From positions 1-64,000 of the forward strand of contig CBDCLE010000024.1 in the NCBI GenBank assembly GCA_965218585.1: a DNA stretch of 64,000 bases. The letters run 5' to 3'. The notes beneath the pieces are model-generated. The model did no database searches. It had not been told where the DNA came from and saw only the letters and a list, made by a program, of their open reading frames with translations. The translations under genes and the position numbers were made by a program. Numbering within the stretch: position 1 is the first letter of the stretch; every line of letters begins with the position of its first letter. Source of the DNA: Terriglobia bacterium. Lineage in GTDB: Bacteria > Acidobacteriota > Terriglobia > 20CM-2-55-15. Positions 1-11,117 of the stretch are shown one piece after another.

Positions 1-1156
1 GTTCTGAAAGGTCGAACGAATCGTAGGACATCGAGAAACATTCCTGGATGCTGCCGGGGATCAGAACGATGTGTTTCGTATCGCCGTGCGAGAGATAGGC
101 CATCGAGAGGATATCCGACTGCTGGGTTCGGGTCGGCAATCCCGTGCTCGGACCGACCCGGGCTACATCGAAGATGACGACGGGAATTTCAGCGTAATAG
201 GCGAACCCGACGAATTCGGCCATCAATGAGATTCCGGGTCCCGAGGTGGAGGTCATCGACCGGGCACCCGCCCATCCCGCGCCGATCGCCATGCCAACAG
301 CGGCCAGTTCGTCTTCGGCCTGGACGATCGCATAGGTGGCCTTGCCGTCTTCTTCGTGGCGGTATTTGGCCATGTAATCCGCGAGGCTTTCACACAGCGA
401 TGAGGACGGCGTGATCGGGTACCAGATTGCCACAGTGACGCCGGCAAACATCGCTCCCAGAGCACAGGCTGCATTGCCGTCGATGAGGATCTTGCCGGCC
501 GTCTTGTTCATGCGTTCGCAACGGAATGGATCCAGCTTCTCTAGATTCTCCCTCGCGAATCGGACGCCGATCGCGATCGCCTGCAGGTTCAATTCAATCG
601 CTTTCTTCTTGCCCTTAAACTGCTTCGCGACGGCCTTTTCGATTTCCTGTGGGTCGATGTCGAGCAGTTCGCCGACCACGCCAACGTAAAGCATGTTGGC
701 CAGGAGCTTACGCAACCGCGAGTCTTTGGAAATCTCTGTGGCCAGTTTCGCGAACGGAACCGGATAGAAGACTAGATCGTCCCGAAGCGAGGAGAGTTCC
801 AGCTTTTCCTCGTAAACGACGACGCGACCGGGGTCGAGTCCCATGACGTCTTCATGGGCAGTCTGGGCGTTCATTGCTATGAGGAAATCGAGTTCTTTGC
901 GGCGTGCGGTCCAGCCGTCTTTGTTAGCCCGAATGGTAAACCAGGTCGGCAGGCCGGCGATGTTGGAAGGGAAGAGGTTTTTTCCGCTGACGGGGATTCC
1001 CATCTGGAAAATCGACCGCATCAGGACTGTGTTGGCCGACTGGCTGCCAGAGCCGTTTACGGTCGCGATTTGAATACTGAAATCGTTTATTACGGGGCCC
1101 GGGCCCCCTCCACCTTCTTCGTCCAGCACAGCGGCATCAGAGGATTGCTGTGGCAC
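1..1156 (-). CDS. 2-oxoacid:acceptor (ferredoxin) oxidoreductase subunit alpha, 3' end outside window
   Basis: Absent from the ORF track because it runs off the edge. Minus-strand translation from GTG 1156 (RBS AAGGAG) gives INDFSIQIATVNGSGSQSAN...GKNLFPSNIAGLPTWF and later TSTSGPGISLMAEF and DVARVGPSTGLPTRTQQSD, typical KorA/PorA-type alpha motifs. Confidence 0.9.
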   Translation of the reverse strand, partial: MPQQSSDAAVLDEEGGGGPGPVINDFSIQIATVNGSGSQSANTVLMRSIFQMGIPVSGKNLFPSNIAGLPTWFTIRANKDGWTARRKELDFLIAMNAQTAHEDVMGLDPGRVVVYEEKLELSSLRDDLVFYPVPFAKLATEISKDSRLRKLLANMLYVGVVGELLDIDPQEIEKAVAKQFKGKKKAIELNLQAIAIGVRFARENLEKLDPFRCERMNKTAGKILIDGNAACALGAMFAGVTVAIWYPITPSSSLCESLADYMAKYRHEEDGKATYAIVQAEDELAAVGMAIGAGWAGARSMTSTSGPGISLMAEFVGFAYYAEIPVVIFDVARVGPSTGLPTRTQQSDILSMAYLSHGDTKHIVLIPGSIQECFSMSYDSFDLSE

Positions 1157-1344
1157 GTCTTCTCCTTTCTACACTCGCGAGTCGGTAACGTTCAGCGTCC
1201 GTTAACCCAAACAATAACTATAACATGAAGACACGGTTGTAGCTGCCCCGGTCTGGGGGCTCAGGAATGCGGAAAACGTTTTTGGGGGTCGGGCGGAGTT
1301 CCCGAATCCGCCCTCCGGCCTGGCCGTTCCTCTCTGAAGCTGGA

Positions 1345-1418
1345 TACGCCCGGCAGGATTCGAACCTGCGACCTACGGCTTAGAAGGCCGGTGCTCTATC
1401 CAACTGAGCTACGGGCGC
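1345..1418 (-). tRNA. tRNA-Arg (anticodon UCU)
   Basis: Reverse complement reads GCGCCCG TAGCTCAGTTGGATAGAGCA CCGGCC TTCTAA GCCGT AGGTC GCAGGTTCGAATCCTGC CGGGCGT A: acceptor stem, D arm, TCT anticodon and T-loop GTTCGAATC. CCA does not directly follow the discriminator (ATCCA). Confidence 0.95.
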
Positions 1419-1669
1419 TAGTTGAATGCAAAATTTTAGCACGGTCCAGCCTGCTAACTCTCTGTGGCGCTTCTACCTATGAGTCCGCCCGCAGGTATGT
1501 TCGAAGGTCCTGATCCGTCGAGGCCGAATGATAAACTTTTTCCGGATTATGGCGTCAAACACCATAACTTCGGTCTGATGCAGCCCGAACTCCGGTGTAG
1601 TCGGGCGTAAAGATTCAGATGCTGTGCTCGTCCGAGAGCACAGCAGGCCATCTTTTGGAGGGATTTCCG

Positions 1670-2572
1670 ATGAAAACAGTTCTGAAATACGGAATCTTCG
1701 TGGCGGTATTCGCGTCTCTGGTTGTCACAGGCTATTCGGACACCCTGATCCTCAAGAACGGAGACCAGATCAGCGGCTACTACGAAGGAGGAACCTCGAG
1801 GGTGATTCGCTTCAGGACCGACGCGGGCGTCGAAGAATACGACCTGTTGTCGGTAGAAGGAATCGAGTTTGGGGGAGATATTGTCCAATCAAGACCGACG
1901 GTGGAAACGCGCCCCGTTCTGGACCGGCGCGAGGAAGTCACTGAAACAGCCACTGAAACAGTGGACGCTGTCGACGTCGAAACCCCTCCCGATCCCGTGC
2001 GCTTGCAGTCTCGGGAAGAACTGGGCAACCGTCCCCAGGCCGACACGGCAGCCAACACCGCATGGACCATACCGACCGGGTCCAGTCTCCTCGTCCGCAT
2101 GATCGACAGTATCGACAGTGAGACCGACACCGTAGGCCAGGTGTTCACAGCCAGACTCGCCGAACCCCTGATGGTCGAGAGTATCGAGGTGGTGCCGCGT
2201 GGTTCAGACATCCGTGGCCGCATCGCCGAAGTACAGGGCGCAGGCCGGGTCAGCGGATCTGCCGAGCTGCAGTTGGAACTGAGTCAGATCGTCGTGAATG
2301 GCATTCCCTATGCCTTGACCACGGCCGAGTATTCCGAAGTGGCCGAGGGACGTGGTGAAGAGACAGCGACGCGAGTAGGGACGGGAGCCGGACTGGGCGC
2401 CCTCATAGGATTGATCGCAGGCGGTGGCAAGGGTGCGGCAATCGGTGCCGGAGTCGGTGCCGGAGCCGCGGGAGCCGTCCAGGTGATGACAAAAGGCGAA
2501 AGGCTTTATATTCCTGCCGAAACCCTGCTCGGGTTTACGCTCAGCCAGAATCTAATCATCGCTGCCCGATAA
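1670..2572 (+). CDS. Exported hypothetical protein with a VirB10/TrbI-like beta domain and a C-terminal glycine zipper
   Basis: Signal peptide MKTVLKYGIFVAVFASLVVTGYS after RBS GGAGG. Also IPTGSSLLVRMIDSIDS, GAGLGALIGLIAGGGKGAAIGAGVGAGA and the ending IPAETLLGFTL. Confidence 0.7.
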   Translation: MKTVLKYGIFVAVFASLVVTGYSDTLILKNGDQISGYYEGGTSRVIRFRTDAGVEEYDLLSVEGIEFGGDIVQSRPTVETRPVLDRREEVTETATETVDAVDVETPPDPVRLQSREELGNRPQADTAANTAWTIPTGSSLLVRMIDSIDSETDTVGQVFTARLAEPLMVESIEVVPRGSDIRGRIAEVQGAGRVSGSAELQLELSQIVVNGIPYALTTAEYSEVAEGRGEETATRVGTGAGLGALIGLIAGGGKGAAIGAGVGAGAAGAVQVMTKGERLYIPAETLLGFTLSQNLIIAAR

Positions 2573-2654
2573 GTCTGTCCGCAGAGTTGTAGCAAACAGC
2601 TTTCAGCCATCAGCTCCGTGCCGATGGCTGATTTGCTGAAAGCTGATATCCCTT

Positions 2655-3840
2655 TTACTCCACAGTCACTTCAGGATCGACACCCGACGATATTCCCAAT
2701 TTCTTGAAGGCAGTCGGAAACAGGAGTCCGGAAAGCACTGCTACGAGAATGATGCTGGCGCTTTCCAGTTCGTCCAGGGCACCGAGTTCCAGTCCGAGAG
2801 CGGCGATGGCGACGAGCAAGGTGAGCGGCGTTGCCAGCAGCAGTGAAGCACCGGCGATCTCTCGCGGTCCGAAACGTGTTGCGACCAGAGTGATTGAGGC
2901 GACGGCCTTGACCAGCAGTGACAGGATGAGTATCTGTCCCAGCAACGGGTAGATTTCACGATTCCCAAGTGCGCCAAGATTAAAGCTCACGCCAACGTAG
3001 ATAAAAAACACCGGAATGAAAAACCCGTGACCGATGCCCGCCAGCTTGGTCTCCAGAATTCCTTTTTCGCGAAAAACGAACGAGAACAACGCGCCTGCCA
3101 GAAACGCTCCCAGGATCGCTTCCATTCCGAGAAGTTCTGATACCGCCACGAAAGCGATCATCAGCGCCAATCCGGCGCGCACGCCAACTTCCGAAGGGTC
3201 TTCGATATCGATCATTCGGGAGAACTGCGACGGGAACCACCAGACCAGAAGCCGCAGGGTTCGCAGGGACCAGATACGCGATGACGAACACGGCGATGAG
3301 ACGAATCAATTCCTCGACAAAGGCGAGACCGAAGCCAAACCGGAAGACGATGTTATATAGCGTCGCAATGATGATGGTGAAGAACTCTCCGATGGATCCG
3401 ACAAGGATCACCGTCTGGCCGAAATCGGAGCGTGCGGCTCCTGTTTCCCGAAGTGTCACAAGGACGAGCCCGATGGAGGTTGCTCCAAGCACGATTCCAA
3501 AGAACGGAGACCAGCCCATGCGGAAGGCGGCCAGAAAGGCCAGGCCGAGGGTGAGCGAGGCCACGCCCACGCTCAACAGAATTACCCGGCCTCCCTTGCG
3601 TTCCAGATTGGCGAAGTCCAGCTCCAGACCTGCAAGGAACATCAGGAAGGCAAAGCCGAACTCGGCCAGAAACCCAAAGAACTCTGTTTCGGCGACCACA
3701 CCCAGAACGTAAGGGCCGACGAGCATTCCGAAAGCAATTTCGCCGACGGCCGCAGGCACACCTACGCGTCCGCTCAACAGGGGAACCACGAAGGCTCCAA
3801 GCGAGATCACCAGCAGTGTGATGGCTTGAGTGACGTCCAT
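2655..3840 (-). pseudogene. Cation:proton antiporter (CPA2/KefB-like), split by one frameshift
   Basis: ORFs 2980-3840 and 2655-3215 join at a GGG run (3266-3268). Removing one base restores AYLVLRTLRLLVWWFPSQFSRMIDIEDPSE. Motifs FLMFLAGLELD, GMEAILGAFLAG and GFFIPVFFIYVG. May be a sequencing error. Confidence 0.85.
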
Positions 3841-3846
3841 GTTGAT

Positions 3847-5304
3847 TCAGGTCGGCAGTACGATCGTTGTGATTGGCGCCTGGCGGAGGAGATGCTGGCT
3901 AACGTCGGGATTGAAGAACGAAGGTTTCCTTCCTTTTCCATGGGCCAGAACCAGCAGGTCGTAGTCTTTCGAGCATTTCACGACCTCCTCAACCGGATTG
4001 CCCTCACGATGCAACTGCTCTACTTGCAGACGATAAAGGTTCGCCAGGTGGGTGATCTTTCCCAGGGCTTCTTTCTGGTCTTCGATCGCCCGTCCTCCAA
4101 CCACGAACTTGGGCGCGGTCACCGTAGCAATCGTGACGCTGGCTTCGTAAATTCGCGCCAGGTCGAAGGCGAATCGGGCCACTTCCATTGAGGCTTCAGC
4201 TTCGGTGATCGGAAGCAGGATTTTCTTATAGGGATCACTGCCGCGCAGGATCGCCATGGGCGATTCCATCTGTCTGAAAATCGAAGACAAGGCCGTTCGG
4301 CGCAGTCCCAGGCGTTCGAGAAAACGGAATCGTTCGTCAGGTATGACCAGGAAGCCACAATCGCGGGTGAGGACGTGCTTCGTCGCGACGCTTCCATAGT
4401 CTCCGAAGACCGCCAACGTCGATGCGTCGATGCCGTTTTCCTGAAGAGTCTTGTCGAGTTCGACCTGCAGGCCTGGTTCATGGGGCCAGAACAGGACTTC
4501 GACGCCGCGAGCCCGGCTATGATCGAGGACGTAGCGAAGCTCAGCTACGATGTCTTCGAAATCTGAAGAACTTTCCGTCAGGACCAGAACGTTGGAGCCA
4601 AACTCCAGCGGGAATTCCGGATCTCCAAGTCTGAAGAACTGTCCGATTGAGGGAAGAACTTCCTTTTCGCCGATCAACACGACGCGATCTTCTGCCTCGA
4701 TCCGTGTGGGTCCGGTCGGAACGACGAGTTCGTCGTTCCTGTAGATCGCCCCGACATGCCAGCGCTTGGAGCGGACCGAGGACAGGGGCCGGCCGATCAT
4801 TGGAGACGAGGGCAGAACCGACACTTCGACTACCTCACCGCTGGTTTCGGCAGCACTCAAAGATGTGCCGACCCCATGGAGTACCTGGTGTTCCAGGCTT
4901 ACGGCTGCAGCATAGGATGGAGTTACAAAATCGATTCCGGCCTGCCGATATCGCTCCCGTTCCCCGAAGCTGACGACTGCGGCGAACAGGTTGGATTTGT
5001 CGAAATCTTCCCGGGCCAGGCGGCACACTTCCAGATTGGTCGGGTCCGAGTCGGTCACCGCAACGACGTAGTCGACTTCCCTGACGCCTGCCTTTTCCAG
5101 TATGAGACGGCTGGTCCCGTCCCCAGCGATCGTTTGAACCCGTTCGGGATCGACGTCCTCTCCGAGGCGTTCCAGTTTCTTCGGATCGACATCAATGATC
5201 GAAATGGGCCAGTTCGGAGCAAGACGGCGGAGAAGTTCGCGTCCCGTGGTTCCCGCGCCCACGATGAGTAGCCGGGGCTCGATCTTGGACTCGGCAAGCT
5301 TCAT
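3847..5304 (-). CDS. TrkA-N/TrkA-C (RCK) protein fused to a universal stress protein domain
   Basis: Rossmann motif LLIVGAGTTG...GDGT, RCK_C VEVSVLPSSPMIG...EAEDRVVLIG, and C-terminal USP YKKILLPI...GNPVEEVV...DLLVL. Confidence 0.85.
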   Translation of the reverse strand: MKLAESKIEPRLLIVGAGTTGRELLRRLAPNWPISIIDVDPKKLERLGEDVDPERVQTIAGDGTSRLILEKAGVREVDYVVAVTDSDPTNLEVCRLAREDFDKSNLFAAVVSFGERERYRQAGIDFVTPSYAAAVSLEHQVLHGVGTSLSAAETSGEVVEVSVLPSSPMIGRPLSSVRSKRWHVGAIYRNDELVVPTGPTRIEAEDRVVLIGEKEVLPSIGQFFRLGDPEFPLEFGSNVLVLTESSSDFEDIVAELRYVLDHSRARGVEVLFWPHEPGLQVELDKTLQENGIDASTLAVFGDYGSVATKHVLTRDCGFLVIPDERFRFLERLGLRRTALSSIFRQMESPMAILRGSDPYKKILLPITEAEASMEVARFAFDLARIYEASVTIATVTAPKFVVGGRAIEDQKEALGKITHLANLYRLQVEQLHREGNPVEEVVKCSKDYDLLVLAHGKGRKPSFFNPDVSQHLLRQAPITTIVLPT

Positions 5305-5466
5305 AAGTTACAGGTCGCTATGCGCGAACCGATTATACGACGTCATGCCGTTTGGAGTGGTGGGCTTCGGACTGTGGACCCCAGTCTGTGACCGGGCCCA
5401 GAGAGGGGAGAGGTTCGGGACAAAGACCGAATTCCGCCATTCGGTCCCTGTCCTCATTATTGCGTA

Positions 5467-6246
5467 TCAGAAACCAGGAACTTTCCCAGCTTTCTTGTAG
5501 CACTGGAATACGATGTGCCATCCCAGGGCGATCATGACGAGCCAGAAGACCCAGTACAGATCGGAGGGAATTCCCAGATTGCCGCCTGCAAAATAGGTCG
5601 TGTGCTGCCCGATCATCGCCCAGATGAGAGGCAGCGACATGTAAGTATTGTGCTTGGACCGCAGTCCTGCAAGCTTGGCCAGATCGCCGTCAGGAGCTTC
5701 GCCGTTCTTTATTGCGTTGATGATCTTCTGCTGGGCCGGCCAGATCCGGAACCAGACGTTGAACGCCATCGCTGTGCCGAACAGCGTGCCGGTATGAATC
5801 AGCGTTCCACGGAAGCTGAATTCACCCACATATACGAAGAGCGCCACGACAACGGAGAGGAGCAGAAACGAGACGATCACCGCCGCCCGTACGTTGCCGG
5901 CAAGACCTGTTTTCCACAGCCCGTCGTAAACGAAGACGGCAAGGAAAGCGACGACGACCATGACGATCGGTCCGGCCCCCCATGTCGCCCCGGTGGCCAG
6001 GGTCTGTTCGCCCATGTAGTAGACCAACCCCAGCAGGAGGACGCCGGTGATCCACGTCCATGCCGCTCCCCAACGGAACCAGAACAGCGCTCGGGGCATC
6101 AACTCGGGAACGACAGCTTTCTTGGTCGGGCCATCGAGTTTCGCCGCCATTGGGCCGTTGACCCAGTTGAAGAAGTAGAGGTGCCCAATCCAGATGATTC
6201 CTACGAAGACATGCATCCATCGGAAAATTGCCTCTAATCCGCTCAT
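5467..6246 (-). CDS. Urate hydroxylase PuuD-like membrane protein (Urate_ox_N domain only)
   Basis: RWMHVFVGIIWIGHLYFFN, FRWGAAWTWITG, MAFNVWFRIWPAQQK, RSKHNTYMSLP. Confidence 0.8.
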   Translation of the reverse strand: MSGLEAIFRWMHVFVGIIWIGHLYFFNWVNGPMAAKLDGPTKKAVVPELMPRALFWFRWGAAWTWITGVLLLGLVYYMGEQTLATGATWGAGPIVMVVVAFLAVFVYDGLWKTGLAGNVRAAVIVSFLLLSVVVALFVYVGEFSFRGTLIHTGTLFGTAMAFNVWFRIWPAQQKIINAIKNGEAPDGDLAKLAGLRSKHNTYMSLPLIWAMIGQHTTYFAGGNLGIPSDLYWVFWLVMIALGWHIVFQCYKKAGKVPGF

Positions 6247-6469
6247 CGCTCCTCCTCTAGTTCAGAATTCGTGACGGACCCAATGCTGTTGGGGTTTTGC
6301 CACCTTTATCCAAGGCACTCCGGGAAGCCGTCCGATAACAATTGAAGATGGTGAATTGTTCTGATCCGCATTTCTCACCAATCCGGTGAAAAAAAGCAGG
6401 CGTAAGATCCGGCTCGGGGCAAACCTACCACATCCCTCTGGAAATTGGAACTGGCCTAACAGACTCATT

Positions 6470-7732
6470 TCAGGCTGCATCCGGCAGAGCATTCCGCCGC
6501 AGAATCACTAGCAGACCCAGTGCCGGAAGCGCCGCGAAAAAGGTGGTCAGAAAGAAGAGCGGCCATCCCATTATCTCGGCCATCCCGCCGGCCGGAGCCG
6601 CTCCGACGTCTCGTGTGAACGCCCAGAGCGAGGACAGTAGCGCGTACTGCGTCGCCGAGAGATCGTGGTTACACAGGCTCATCAGAAAAGCGAGGAACGC
6701 AGCCGTGCCGAGCCCGGAACAAAAATTCTCGACATTGATCGTCAGGATCATCAGTGGGTAGTTGTGACCCACTTGGGCGAGGATCATGTATAGAAGATTG
6801 GTTCCAGCCTGCAGCAGACCGAAAATCCAGAGAGAGCGCAAGATCCCCATTTGGCTCAGAAGAGCTCCTCCGGCGAGGGCGCCAACGATGGTTGCCGTCA
6901 AGCCCATCACTCCCTGAACAACACCGATCTCAGTCTGAGTAAAACCCGTTTGAAGTAGAAACGGAGTCGTCATGTTGGTGATCAGGGCATCGCCCAGTTT
7001 GTAGACCGCTATGAAGGACAGTACCAGCAGGGCGGAACCGGTGCCGAAGCGGTGCCAGAACTCGGAAAACGGAGCGCGTACCGCTTCGCCGAGCGAGGCC
7101 GGGGCTCGGCCGGGGTTTGCGGGTTCGGGAGTCCGCAGGGAGGCCATCAGGCCGACAACCATGAATGCCGCCATGATCAGGTAAACGCGCGGCCAGGACA
7201 GGTAGTCAGCGAGTACAAAAGCGCCTCCACCAGTCAGAATGAGGGCGATGCGGTAACCGAGCGCTGTGATTCCGGCACCGGCACCCATTTCTCGTTCTTC
7301 CAAAACATCCGCCCGGTACGCATCGATAGCGATATCTTGAGTCGCGCTGAGAAAGGCGATGATAAGAGCGAGCGCTGCGATGAATGAAATACCGGTCGAA
7401 GGCCGTCCGAGAGCCATGGACGCGATCGCACCGAGTAGCAGGACCTGCGACAGGAGCATCCATCCACGCCGCCTCCCCAGACGAGAGAAGGAAAACCTGT
7501 CCAGAATGGGTGACCAGAGGAATTTTACCGAATATGGCAAACCCACCAGGCTGAGCAGTCCCACCGTTGTCAGGCTGACGCCCTCAAGAGTCAGCCAGGG
7601 CTGGAGTGTCCGGCTGGTGAGATAGAAAGGCATACCTGAGGAGAAGCTCAGCAGCAGGAGGAAACCCATCTTCCGGTTTCGGAAAACCTGGATCGGAGAG
7701 GGCAGTGTCGTCATCAGGGGTGATAGTGACAC
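6470..7732 (-). CDS. ampG: AmpG family muropeptide MFS permease
   Basis: FSSGMPF, LPYSVKFLWSPILDR, LGRRRGWML, SATQDIAIDAYR, YKLGDA, SATQYALLSS. Confidence 0.92.
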   Translation of the reverse strand: MSLSPLMTTLPSPIQVFRNRKMGFLLLLSFSSGMPFYLTSRTLQPWLTLEGVSLTTVGLLSLVGLPYSVKFLWSPILDRFSFSRLGRRRGWMLLSQVLLLGAIASMALGRPSTGISFIAALALIIAFLSATQDIAIDAYRADVLEEREMGAGAGITALGYRIALILTGGGAFVLADYLSWPRVYLIMAAFMVVGLMASLRTPEPANPGRAPASLGEAVRAPFSEFWHRFGTGSALLVLSFIAVYKLGDALITNMTTPFLLQTGFTQTEIGVVQGVMGLTATIVGALAGGALLSQMGILRSLWIFGLLQAGTNLLYMILAQVGHNYPLMILTINVENFCSGLGTAAFLAFLMSLCNHDLSATQYALLSSLWAFTRDVGAAPAGGMAEIMGWPLFFLTTFFAALPALGLLVILRRNALPDAA

Positions 7733-7932
7733 AGGGCAGGGGTCGGAACGGGGGCATCTCGTTCGTTGATCTTTTTTTGCCGGAACATTTCGATGAAAAC
7801 ATTGTCTTAAACGAAGTCACGTTGGTGTAGTCCAACCCTGATCGGGCTCTACCCTCGCCCGAGAGTGCAGCTTGAGGGTGATAAGATCATTCCATAATAT
7901 TTCGCGAGTCTGTTTTGTTTGAGGCGTACACG

Positions 7933-9699
7933 ATGCTGAGGATCCTGAGACGAGCGAGGCTTCTGATCTTGACCGGACTTGTGTCCGGTTCCCTCGCCTG
8001 GGCCCAGGCACCCATCCCGAACACGGGTCAGGAAGATCCAGACCCAGCCAGCATCGAAGGTTACGTCGTTCGAAGTGGAACCGGCGAACCTCTTTCCAAG
8101 GCGCGAGTCGTGCTCCGTCCGGCCCAGGGACGCCACCCGGTTTTTGGCGCCGTGACCGATGCCGGCGGGCGCTTCGTTCTTTCCAATATCGAACCCGGCA
8201 ACTACCGGCTGTACACAGAACGCGATGGGTATGTCGACCAGCAGTACGGTCAGGTCAGCCCGGCCCGCCCGGGAACTGTGCTCGTTCTTGTCCCGGGCCA
8301 GCAGGTTCAGGATGTTCTTGTCAGCCTGGTCCCCACGGGAACGATTTCAGGACGCGTGTACGATGAAGACGGCGAGCCCATCGTAGGCGCAAACGTCCGT
8401 GCGTTCCGTTATGACTATCGTGACGGCGAGAAGCTTCTGTCCCCGGTGCGTCAGGCGGAGACAGACGATCTGGGAGAGTACCGACTCTACTGGCTGACAC
8501 CTGGCGAGTACTACATCAGTGCGACGTTTGAAGCCCGTTTTCGTGCAGCGGCGGCCCTGCGCGGAGCCGTTCTGGCTGGAGGACCACCGGTCCTGGACGT
8601 GCGTGAAGGGTTTGTCCAGGTACTCGCTCCCACTGATCCGACCGACGAAATCTACATCGACACGTATTATCCCGGGACGAATGATCCTGCGAGGGCGTCG
8701 CCCCTGACTGTAACACCCGCGTTGGAGGTCAGCGCCATAGATTTTACTGTCCTCCCCACCCGTGCGGTGGCGTTGCGGGGGACAGTAGTGGGTTCGTTCT
8801 CCGAGCAGGAAGGCTTGGAGCCGGCGGTGACAATCGCCCAGAGAAGCGACGTCGTTGCCCCAGGCCGCTTTTCTTTTCGGGGTGGAGGTCGCGGTGGGTG
8901 TGGAGGTGGTGTAAATTCCGACGGCACGTTTGAACTCGTGGGCGTTGCGCCGGGCTCTTATACGTTGATTGCTTTGGTCGGTTCCCGTTCGGGGCGTGGA
9001 CGGGGTGTGGGCGTCGGTGCGGGTTTTCTCGACGTCGAAGTGGGTGCGGACGACATTGAAGGCCTCATCATTCCAGTTCAGCCCAGCGTTGCCGTTGGCG
9101 GTACCGTTCTCGTGGACCAAAGCGCGAGTGGGATCAACCTTTCGCGGTTGAGGGTCCGTCTGCAGGGTACGGGTAATCTGCCCATCGGATCACCGAACGA
9201 GCGTGTCGAGACCGACGGAACTTTCTCACTGGAAAACGTCAACCAGACTCTGTACAGGGTATCTGTCACCGGTTTGCCCTCTGGCTCTTATGTCGCAGCG
9301 GCCAATGTTGGCGGGCGGGATGTTCTTGGCGATGGGATCCAGGTGACAGCGGACACAGGCCCGATCGAGTTCTGGATCAGCGGAGCCGGAGGTACTTTGG
9401 ACGGAACCGTTCGAATCACTTCAGACCAGACGTATACCAGTGCCCAGATCGTCTTGATTCCGGAAGACCCCCGGCGGAACGATCTGTACAAGGTTGCCAG
9501 TGCGGATCAGTACGGCCGTTTTTCGATGACGGGTATTGCTCCGGGTAACTACCGCGTTTTCGCCTGGGAGGATGCGCCTTCAGGAACGTACCAGGATCCC
9601 GCGTTCGTCAATCGGTACGAGGATTTCGGCGAACGTATCGAGATTGAGCAGGCCGGGCAACTGCAGGCTCAACCTCAACTGATTCCTGCTGGATCGTAA
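7933..9699 (+). CDS. Exported carboxypeptidase-regulatory-like domain repeat protein
   Basis: Signal peptide plus repeated beta-sandwich units ([63 protein letters not shown]). Confidence 0.8.
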   Translation: MLRILRRARLLILTGLVSGSLAWAQAPIPNTGQEDPDPASIEGYVVRSGTGEPLSKARVVLRPAQGRHPVFGAVTDAGGRFVLSNIEPGNYRLYTERDGYVDQQYGQVSPARPGTVLVLVPGQQVQDVLVSLVPTGTISGRVYDEDGEPIVGANVRAFRYDYRDGEKLLSPVRQAETDDLGEYRLYWLTPGEYYISATFEARFRAAAALRGAVLAGGPPVLDVREGFVQVLAPTDPTDEIYIDTYYPGTNDPARASPLTVTPALEVSAIDFTVLPTRAVALRGTVVGSFSEQEGLEPAVTIAQRSDVVAPGRFSFRGGGRGGCGGGVNSDGTFELVGVAPGSYTLIALVGSRSGRGRGVGVGAGFLDVEVGADDIEGLIIPVQPSVAVGGTVLVDQSASGINLSRLRVRLQGTGNLPIGSPNERVETDGTFSLENVNQTLYRVSVTGLPSGSYVAAANVGGRDVLGDGIQVTADTGPIEFWISGAGGTLDGTVRITSDQTYTSAQIVLIPEDPRRNDLYKVASADQYGRFSMTGIAPGNYRVFAWEDAPSGTYQDPAFVNRYEDFGERIEIEQAGQLQAQPQLIPAGS

Positions 9700-9812
9700 T
9701 CCGGATAAAACGAGACAGACAATCGAGAAACGAATCGCTGCTGGATCGATTGCAGTTCCGACCGTATACTCGATTTCGCGATTGCGAATTTTTTGAGAGG
9801 AGTGGATACGGC

Positions 9813-10232
9813 ATGAAGAAATCCGTCGTCTTCTTAAGCTTGATTCTGGCAGCGGCGGCTGGTGCCCTCGCACAATCCAACATGACTACAACTGATTCCG
9901 GACTCCAATATATCGACCGAGAAGTAGGTGATGGTGCAGAGGCCGTAAGCGGTGTCACTGTGCAGGTTCACTACACCGGTTGGCTCTGGATAGACGGCGA
10001 ACGGGGTGACAAGTTCGACAGCTCCGTCGACCGCGGCCAGCCCTTCCAGTTCAATCTTGGCGCGGGCAGCGTGATTCGTGGTTGGGACGAAGGTGTTGCC
10101 GGCATGAAAATAGGTGGGAAGCGCGAGCTGATCATTCCGCCGGATCTCGGATATGGGGCGCGGGGGGCAGGACGTGTGATACCTCCGAACGCCACACTGA
10201 ACTTCGAGGTAGAACTGCTCGATATCCTTTAA
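9813..10232 (+). CDS. FKBP-type peptidyl-prolyl cis-trans isomerase with signal peptide
   Basis: [48 protein letters not shown]; RBS GAGGAG. Confidence 0.95.
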   Translation: MKKSVVFLSLILAAAAGALAQSNMTTTDSGLQYIDREVGDGAEAVSGVTVQVHYTGWLWIDGERGDKFDSSVDRGQPFQFNLGAGSVIRGWDEGVAGMKIGGKRELIIPPDLGYGARGAGRVIPPNATLNFEVELLDIL

Positions 10233-10251
10233 CGAGCTTTACAATTTTGTC

Positions 10252-10281
10252 AAGGCGCGCCCTTGGAGGCGCGCCTTTTTT
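10252..10281 (+). terminator. Rho-independent terminator after the FKBP gene
   Basis: AAGGCGCGCC-cttgga-GGCGCGCCTT hairpin followed by a T run. Confidence 0.85.
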
Positions 10282-10332
10282 CGTGGCTTGACGTCGCGTA
10301 TGAGGTGTTTGGAATCGTGTTATCGTGGTCGT

Positions 10333-10926
10333 ATGAAACACGTGGTCCGACAGTATGGGCTGGAACAGGGCGCGTTGGAGGTTCAGTACATCGAAGAAAA
10401 CTTTCCCGAATTTCGGAACAAGAAAACCACCGACGAAATCCTGGATCGCCTTTCCGACAGAGAGTGTCTGATACTGCTTTCGATGGCGCCTGCCTCGGAA
10501 GACGACGACGAGCTGATCCCCGTAGCCTTCAAGGTAGGTCACGAACTGCGCGAGTTCGAATCCCAGGCCAAACTGGTCGATCTGGTCAGTCAGCTTTCCG
10601 GATGTGTTCAGTTCCCCGATCGCAAGATCTTCTATAGCTGGATTGGTGGGACGCGCAAGGATTGGCGTGGCCAGGGCCACTACCGGGCTCTTACCGAACA
10701 ACAAGAGGAATGGGCCCATCAACGCGGATATCATGAGCTTGTCGTCAAGACGAAGAATAAATTCTATCCCTTGCGGGCGACCCTGGATCATTTGCGTTTC
10801 AACGTGATCAAACTGCAACCGGATCTAGGCGACCATCGGGAGTCGAAGCTCTACCTGAGCAAACGGATCGGTGCCGAGCTACTGCGGACGCATCAGACGG
10901 ATCGTATGATGGAAGATCGTGCTTAA
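10333..10926 (+). CDS. GNAT family N-acetyltransferase
   Basis: FYSWIGGTRKDWRGQG acetyl-CoA motif A; VKTKNKF. Confidence 0.8.
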   Translation: MKHVVRQYGLEQGALEVQYIEENFPEFRNKKTTDEILDRLSDRECLILLSMAPASEDDDELIPVAFKVGHELREFESQAKLVDLVSQLSGCVQFPDRKIFYSWIGGTRKDWRGQGHYRALTEQQEEWAHQRGYHELVVKTKNKFYPLRATLDHLRFNVIKLQPDLGDHRESKLYLSKRIGAELLRTHQTDRMMEDRA

Positions 10927-11117
10927 ACGCTTCCGGACTTATTTATTTCATGGCCCCATGTGACCCTCACCTTTCGACCCAGCCTCGCCGTCTTTACATT
11001 CTTTAACGCATCCTTTGGTCCGGGTCACTGTCCAAGTTTGTGTATGGCCAAACGCATGAGGCGACCGGTCAGCTGACACCCGGTGTCAGGTAACATGATT
11101 TGGAAGGAGAACTAGTG

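Noticed and set aside
1345-1418. tRNA-Arg as an integration site for an island or prophage
   Set aside because: No integrase nearby and no repeat of the tRNA 3' end noticed in the window.
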